NCBI RefSeq assembly: GCF_042660085.1
Contig: NZ_JBHSTI010000008.1
Coordinates: 930,001-962,000, forward strand
Source: Longivirga aurantiaca
GTDB taxonomy: Bacteria > Actinomycetota > Actinomycetes > S36-B12 > CAIYMF01
Length of the DNA: 32,000 bases
Reading direction: 5' to 3'
The position numbers and the translations under genes are program-made. This document shows, piece after piece, positions 25,702-32,000 of the stretch (position 1 is its first letter; each line of letters opens with the position of its first letter). Under the pieces are notes generated by a model. The model searched no databases. It was not told the origin of the DNA and was given only the letters and a program-made list of their open reading frames with translations.

Positions 25702-26238
25702 TTACCCCGGCTTCCCGACGGTGTCATTGTCGGACGATCCGGGCTTCGATGCGCGCCCGCCGCCCCCACCGGCCGGCTGCACGTGCAGGCCGAAGCAGAC
25801 CGAGCGCTCGTCGGCGTAGGGGCCGTAGGCCGCGATCCGGTGCCAGCCGAGGCGTTCGTACAGCGAGACCGCGATCGGCTGCAGGTCGCCTGTCTCGAGC
25901 CACAGCTCGGTGTAGCCGAGGGACGGCGCGAGCGCGGTGACCGCGGCCATGAGACGCCGGGAGTGGCCGGCGCCACGGGCCGAGGGCACGACGTACACGC
26001 GCTTCACCTCGCCCTGGGCGGTCGGAGCGTCGGGCACGGCGACCGACAGCGGGATCACACCCGCGCAGCCGACCGGCTCGCCGTCGTCGGACCGCAGCAC
26101 CAGCCAGGCACCGCCCGGGGGCACGAGCTTCCAGGTGCCGACGTCGCCGCCGTACAGGCCGATCATCTCCTCGACCATCGCGGTGACGAGGCCGACGAAG
26201 GCGGGGTCGTCCTCGGTGACGCGGTCGATGCGGGGCAC
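25702..26238 (-). CDS. GNAT-family N-acetyltransferase B, paralogous to GNAT A
   Basis: GEVKRVYVVPSARGAGHSRRLMAAVTALAPSLGYTELWLETGDLQPIAVSLYERLGW. GTG start at 26238 inferred. Confidence 0.8.
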   Translation of the reverse strand: MPRIDRVTEDDPAFVGLVTAMVEEMIGLYGGDVGTWKLVPPGGAWLVLRSDDGEPVGCAGVIPLSVAVPDAPTAQGEVKRVYVVPSARGAGHSRRLMAAVTALAPSLGYTELWLETGDLQPIAVSLYERLGWHRIAAYGPYADERSVCFGLHVQPAGGGGGRASKPGSSDNDTVGKPG

Positions 26239-26400
26239 CGCGCGACTCTGCCAGACGCGGCTGCGCGCGCCACCTGGCCCCAGGTGCGCGAGAAGGGGGA
26301 AGAGCACGCCCCTCACGGGACGGTTCTGGCCTGAGCGGAGGAATGGAACCGGGGGTGAGGCGTGGCGGCGACCCGCGGGCGGATCGGTCACACTGGGGGG

Positions 26401-27567
26401 ATGCGCGACGTCGTGATCCTCGGGAGCACCGGGTCCATCGGGACCCAGGCGCTCGACGTCGTGACGCGCAACCCCGAGGCCTTCCGCGTCGTCGCGATCG
26501 CCGCCGGCGGCGCCGACGTCGGGTCGCTCGCCGCCCAGGCAGCTGAGTTCGCCGTGCCGGTGGTCGCCGTCGCCGACGAGAGCCGGCTGCCCGCGCTGCG
26601 GGAGGCCCTTGCCGCGCACGGCATCACGCCCACCGTCCTCGCCGGCCCCGACGCGGCCACCGAGGCCGCGGCGCTCTCCGCCGACGTCGTGCTCAACGGC
26701 ATGACCGGCTCGATCGGCCTGCGCCCCACTCTGGCCGCCCTCGAGGCGGGCACGGTCCTCGCCCTCGCCAACAAGGAGTCGCTCGTCGCGGGCGGCCCGC
26801 TGGTGAAGGCCGCGGCCAAGCCGGGTCAGATCGTCCCCGTCGACTCCGAGCACTCCGCCCTCGCGCAGTGCCTGCGCGGCGGCACGGCCGACGAGGTGCG
26901 CCGGCTCGTCCTCACCGCGAGCGGCGGACCGTTCCGCGGCAGGCGGCGCAGCGAGCTCACCGCCGTCACGCCCGAGCAGGCGCTCGCGCACCCCACGTGG
27001 AGCATGGGCCCGGTCGTCACCACCAACTCCGCCACGATGGTCAACAAGGCCCTCGAGGTGATCGAGGCGCACCTCCTGTTCGACGTCCCCCTCGAGCGCA
27101 TCGACGTCGTCGTGCACCCGCAGTCGATGGTCCACTCGATGGTCGAGTTCGTCGACGGCTCGACCGTGGCGCAGGTCAGCCCGCCCGACATGCGCCTGCC
27201 GATCGCCCTCGGCCTGTCCTGGCCCGACCGCGTCCCGCACCCCGGCTACGGCTGCGACTGGACCACTGCGTCCACCTGGACCTTCGAGCCGCTCGACGAC
27301 GAGGCCTTCCCGGCGGTCGCCCTCGCCCGGCACGCGGCCACCGAGGGGGGCACCGCGCCCGCAGTGCTCAACGCCGCCAACGAGGAGCTGGTCGCGGCGT
27401 TCTTCGACCGGCGCCTGCCGTTCCTCGGCATCGTCGACACCCTCACCACCGTGGTCGCCGAGCACCTCGCCCAGCACCAGGGGAACCCCCGTGACGTCGA
27501 CGACGTCCTAGCGGCGGAGGACTGGGCCCGTGCGCGCGCCCGCGAGCTGACGGGACGGGCGACGTGA
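26401..27567 (+). CDS. dxr: 1-deoxy-D-xylulose 5-phosphate reductoisomerase
   Basis: [61 protein letters not shown]-type [48 protein letters not shown]. Confidence 0.96.
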   Translation: MRDVVILGSTGSIGTQALDVVTRNPEAFRVVAIAAGGADVGSLAAQAAEFAVPVVAVADESRLPALREALAAHGITPTVLAGPDAATEAAALSADVVLNGMTGSIGLRPTLAALEAGTVLALANKESLVAGGPLVKAAAKPGQIVPVDSEHSALAQCLRGGTADEVRRLVLTASGGPFRGRRRSELTAVTPEQALAHPTWSMGPVVTTNSATMVNKALEVIEAHLLFDVPLERIDVVVHPQSMVHSMVEFVDGSTVAQVSPPDMRLPIALGLSWPDRVPHPGYGCDWTTASTWTFEPLDDEAFPAVALARHAATEGGTAPAVLNAANEELVAAFFDRRLPFLGIVDTLTTVVAEHLAQHQGNPRDVDDVLAAEDWARARARELTGRAT

Positions 27568-28913
27568 TCCTGCTGGAGATGCTGGGCTGGCTCATCTTCC
27601 TGATCGGCGTGGGGGTGTCCATCGGCCTGCACGAGGTAGGTCACCTGCTGCCCGCGAAGGCCTTCGGCGTCAAGGTCACGCAGTACATGGTGGGCTTCGG
27701 CCCCACCGCCTGGGCCAGGCGCCGGGGCGAGACCGAGTACGGCGTGAAGTGGATCCCGCTCGGCGGCTACATCCGCATGATCGGCATGTACCCGCCCGAG
27801 AAGGGCGCCGACCCGACCATGCTCCGCGCGTCGAGCACCGGCCGCTGGTCGACCCTGATCAACGACGCGCGGCAGGCCTCGCTCGAGGAGGTCAAGCCGG
27901 AGGACGCCGACCGCGTCTTCTACAAGCTCCCCGTCCGCAAGCGCATCGTCGTGATGCTCGGCGGACCGGTGATGAACCTGCTCCTCGCACTCGTGATGTT
28001 CACCATCGTGATCTCGGCGATCGGGCTCCAGGTCGACCTGCAGGGCAACCCCAACCTCACGAACCGCGTGGGCGCCGTCGTCCAGTGCCTGCCGACGAAG
28101 GACGACCCGCAGGGCGATGCGGCTGCCAACGGCGAGTGCTCCGGCTCCACCCCGACCCCGGCGTACGCCGGCGGCCTCAAGGTGGCCGACACGATCCTCT
28201 CGGTGGCGGGAACCCCCACGGCCACCTGGGAGGAGGTGCAGGCAGCGATCAAGGCCGCGCCGACCGGTGACGTCGTGGTGGTGGTCGACCGCGAGGGCGA
28301 GCAGGTCGTGCTCACGGTGCCGCTCGAGGCGATCGACCGGCCTGTCCTCGATGAGGAGGGCAACCCCACGGGTGAGACCGAGGAGCGCAACTTCCTCGGC
28401 ATCGCGCCCGCCACCGAGCGCGTCACCCAGCCCGTCACGGCCGTCCCCGGCTACGTGTGGGACCTCTCGGTCCGCTCGGTCGCGACCATCGTCACCCTGC
28501 CCGTGCGGCTCTGGGAGCTCGCGGTGTCGACGTTCACCGACGCGCCGCGCGACGACCAGGGCATCGTCGGCCCGGTCGGAGTCGGGCGCATCACCGGCGA
28601 GATCGTCGCGCTCGACGACACCCCGGTGATCGACAAGACGGCGTACATCCTCAGCCTGCTCGCGGGTCTCAACCTCTTCCTCTTCCTGTTCAACCTCATC
28701 CCGCTGCTGCCGCTCGACGGCGGCCACGTCGCGGGAGCGGTCTGGGAGTCGATCAAGCGCGGCTGGGCGAGGCTCCGGCACAAGCCCGACCCGGGCCCTG
28801 TCGACATCGCCAAGGCGCTGCCGGTCACCTATGTGATCTCGATCTTCCTGGTCGGGATGGGCGCCCTGGTGCTGCTCGCCGACCTCATCGAGCCGATCTC
28901 CCTGCGCGGCTGA
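27564..28913 (+). CDS. rip1: Site-2 protease (M50 family, RseP/Rip1)
   Basis: HExxH motif [31 protein letters not shown] region, [25 protein letters not shown] overlap with the dxr stop. Confidence 0.92.
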   Translation: MILLEMLGWLIFLIGVGVSIGLHEVGHLLPAKAFGVKVTQYMVGFGPTAWARRRGETEYGVKWIPLGGYIRMIGMYPPEKGADPTMLRASSTGRWSTLINDARQASLEEVKPEDADRVFYKLPVRKRIVVMLGGPVMNLLLALVMFTIVISAIGLQVDLQGNPNLTNRVGAVVQCLPTKDDPQGDAAANGECSGSTPTPAYAGGLKVADTILSVAGTPTATWEEVQAAIKAAPTGDVVVVVDREGEQVVLTVPLEAIDRPVLDEEGNPTGETEERNFLGIAPATERVTQPVTAVPGYVWDLSVRSVATIVTLPVRLWELAVSTFTDAPRDDQGIVGPVGVGRITGEIVALDDTPVIDKTAYILSLLAGLNLFLFLFNLIPLLPLDGGHVAGAVWESIKRGWARLRHKPDPGPVDIAKALPVTYVISIFLVGMGALVLLADLIEPISLRG

Positions 28914-28960
28914 CGCCGCGTCGGGTGTCGGCCCGGCGCGCTCGGGGTGAGAATGGGGTC

Positions 28961-30136
<1,176 letters not shown>

Positions 30137-30137
30137 C

Positions 30138-31058
30138 TCAGCCGCGCAGCAGGTCGGCGAGCGCGCGCAGGCCGGATCCGTCCTCGCGCTCCCATCCGGC
30201 CATCAGCTCCGGCAGGGGCGCGGGCAGCCGGCAGACGAGCCGGCGGTGCACGGGCCGGATCCGCAGCAGCCAGTCGCGGAGGTCGCGCAGGTCGGCACCC
30301 CTCTCCGGCTCGACGTAGAGGCGTACGCCGTCGACGATCGACGACTCGTCCTCGATCCGCCGCATCGGGCAGGTCTCATGGGCCGCGAGCAGCGCAGCGC
30401 GCGCGTCGCGGACCGTGTCGTGCAGCTGCTCCGGGCCCACGCCGTACGGGATCGCGGTGATCACGAGGTGCCCGCCCTCGGCGCGGATCGTGCTGTCGAC
30501 CGTGAGCGTCACCTCTCGCCCGGCGCGAAGCCCCGCGAGGTCGCCACTGATCTCGCACCCGGTCGGCAGCGCGGGCGGGCCGAGGTCGGCGCGACCTGCC
30601 AGCAGCGCACCCACCACCGACGCCGGGTCGTACGGCGGATGCGCTCCTCCGCGGAAGAGCGTGCCCTCCACCAGGCCGAGCGGGACGGGTCCGACCTCCT
30701 GCCGCTCGGACGCGAGGGCGAGCGCCCCGACGGGGGAGAGCCGCACGTCGACCTGCTCCGGGTCGGCGGGCCCGGCGTCGCGCGAGCCGGCGTTGCCGAG
30801 CAGCTCGACCAGCGGCAGGTGCACCGACCAGGGGACGCCTCGTCGCACGAGGCGGGCGTAGGCGTCGCGCGGGTCGGCCCCGCTCCGCTGCGCCACCACC
30901 TGGAGCACGCGCGCGCAGACCACCGGCTCGCCGGCGTCGTCCGCACCGAGCAGGTCGACGGCGTCGAGCAGGGCGGCCTCGACCGAGTCGAGACCGGTGC
31001 GCGTGCTGACCACGACGTCCGTCACGGGGAGACGGTACGGCGAGGTGCCCTTCGTCAC
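30138..31058 (-). CDS. Stand-alone protein resembling the DNA gyrase/topoisomerase IV subunit A breakage-reunion domain, apparently lacking catalytic residues
   Basis: CARVLQVVAQRSGADPRDAYARLVRRGVPWSVHLPLVELLGNAGSRD...VDVRLSPVGALAL follows the GyrA pattern CARVVGDVLGxYHPHGDxxVYDALVRxAQPxSxRYPLVDGxGNFGS...AMRYTExRLxxxA. C-terminal part: GTLFRGGAHPPYDPASV...ALPTGCEISGDLAGL. Confidence 0.65.
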   Translation of the reverse strand: MTKGTSPYRLPVTDVVVSTRTGLDSVEAALLDAVDLLGADDAGEPVVCARVLQVVAQRSGADPRDAYARLVRRGVPWSVHLPLVELLGNAGSRDAGPADPEQVDVRLSPVGALALASERQEVGPVPLGLVEGTLFRGGAHPPYDPASVVGALLAGRADLGPPALPTGCEISGDLAGLRAGREVTLTVDSTIRAEGGHLVITAIPYGVGPEQLHDTVRDARAALLAAHETCPMRRIEDESSIVDGVRLYVEPERGADLRDLRDWLLRIRPVHRRLVCRLPAPLPELMAGWEREDGSGLRALADLLRG

Positions 31059-31097
31059 AGCCGTCGATCGCCCTGCCCGGTCGCCGCGCGCGAGATA

Positions 31098-31111
31098 TTA
31101 CTAGCGGGTAA
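31098..31111. promoter_or_regulatory. TTAC-N6-GTAA inverted repeat upstream of the small His-rich ORF
   Basis: ttactagcgggtaa in an AT-richer patch 27 bp upstream of the start codon. Confidence 0.4.
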
Positions 31112-31137
31112 CATAGGGATCGATCAAGGAGGTCGCC

Positions 31138-31356
31138 ATGACCAGCACCCTGCACCTTCCGCCCGCCGTCGAGCACGCCGCGCACGAGGTCGTCCACCAG
31201 GCAGGGGCCGTGACCCACCAGGTTGCCGTCGCCGCGCACGGGATGACCGATGCTGCGCACCACCTCGGCGATGCCGTCGTCGACGTGCTGCTGTCGCCGC
31301 TCACCCCCGACCTCGCCGACTTCCACGTCGAGTTCACCGAGGACGACATCCTCTGA
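31138..31356 (+). CDS. Small His-rich hypothetical protein (72 aa)
   Basis: MTSTLHLPPAVEHAAHEVVHQAGAVTHQVAVAAHGMTDAAHHLGDAVVDVLLSPLTPDLADFHVEFTEDDIL. Strong SD aaggagg 6 nt before ATG. Confidence 0.7.
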   Translation: MTSTLHLPPAVEHAAHEVVHQAGAVTHQVAVAAHGMTDAAHHLGDAVVDVLLSPLTPDLADFHVEFTEDDIL

Positions 31357-31385
31357 CCCGTCCGCCCTCCGGCGATTCGCCCCCG

Positions 31386-31442
31386 ATCTGGTTGCCTCTC
31401 GCCGCGATTGGTCGTGAAGTAGCGACCAATCCGGGGCCAGAT
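31386..31442. repeat. Nested inverted repeat: outer ATCTGG/CCAGAT and inner GATTGGTCG-tgaagtag-CGACCAATC
   Basis: Inner perfect 9-8-9 stem at 31406-31431; outer arms at 31386-31391 and 31437-31442. Sits between convergent genes. Confidence 0.7.
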
Positions 31443-32000
31443 TCATCGGGTTCTCGCGTCCCTGAGCGCCTCGGTCACGCGTGCCACGACGCGTTGTGGC
31501 GCGCCCCACGTCTCGTCGGAGGTCCAGCGCACGAAGCGGTAGCCCATGCGTCGGAGCGAGTCCTCGCGCACCTTCTCCGCGCGGAGCGACTCGCGGTCGC
31601 GCAGTTTGCCCCATCCGTCTGCCTCGCCGATGACGCGCAGCGTGCGCCACAGGAAGTCCAGGGGGTAGCGTCGGCCGTCGTCGTCGACCACCCACGCCTG
31701 CAGCTCGGGACGGGGCAGATCGGCCTCGATGAACAGCCCCCTCGACGCCGACTCGAGCGGTGTCTCGGCAAGGCGGTCGGCCGCCTCGATCGCGCGCCGC
31801 AACCCCGCCCGGCCGTAGACGAACCGTGTCCGGTCGAGGGCCCCGTACAGGTCGCGCCGCGGCACGCTCCGGAGTGCCGCGTCGAGCACGACCAACGCCT
31901 CGGGGAGGGGCCGGAACCGAGCCAGGTCGATCGCGGTCCTCGCGACCGACGTCACCGGGAGTCCGTACGCCGCATGTCGGTCCTCCTCGGCGACGTCGGC
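31443..32000 (-). CDS. AbiEi-like/DUF559-domain protein, 5' end beyond the window
   Basis: Open frame continues to the window edge (...ADVAEEDRHAAYGLPVTSVARTAIDLARF...); C-terminal endonuclease-fold-like YPLDFLWRTLRVIGEADGWGK...EKVREDSLRRMGYRFVRWTSDETW. Confidence 0.65.
   Translation of the reverse strand, partial: ADVAEEDRHAAYGLPVTSVARTAIDLARFRPLPEALVVLDAALRSVPRRDLYGALDRTRFVYGRAGLRRAIEAADRLAETPLESASRGLFIEADLPRPELQAWVVDDDGRRYPLDFLWRTLRVIGEADGWGKLRDRESLRAEKVREDSLRRMGYRFVRWTSDETWGAPQRVVARVTEALRDARTR

Overview
High-GC actinobacterial chromosomal window. It looks ordinary in backbone and contains no tRNA, rRNA, CRISPR array, transposase or phage gene that I can support. Left to right: the 3' end of an unidentified CDS; a SigK-like ECF sigma factor with an RskA-like anti-sigma factor; and a large polyamine/GABA-type catabolic region. 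That region holds PucR regulator 1, an aminobutyraldehyde-type dehydrogenase, potD-A-B-C, a PuuB-like FAD oxidase, an MmsA-type dehydrogenase, an apparently broken amino-acid permease, a saccharopine-dehydrogenase-like protein, gabT, PucR regulator 2 and a second aldehyde dehydrogenase. Interspersed are a DUF2157-like membrane protein, an HTH-DUF805-like fusion, a VOC protein, a MarR regulator, an NAD-epimerase and a fasciclin lipoprotein. Two paralogous GNATs follow, then the conserved dxr - site-2 protease - ispG block, a stand-alone protein resembling the GyrA/ParC breakage-reunion domain without the expected catalytic motifs, a small His-rich ORF, and an edge-truncated AbiEi/DUF559-like protein. 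The most interesting items are the GyrA-like protein (30138-31058), the broken permease (15323-16185), several perfect inverted repeats in control regions, the hairpin plus 9-nt repeats between potD and potA, and the possible SigK/RskA/site-2-protease/fasciclin circuit. All family calls are from reading translated sequence and remembered family motifs. No database search was run.
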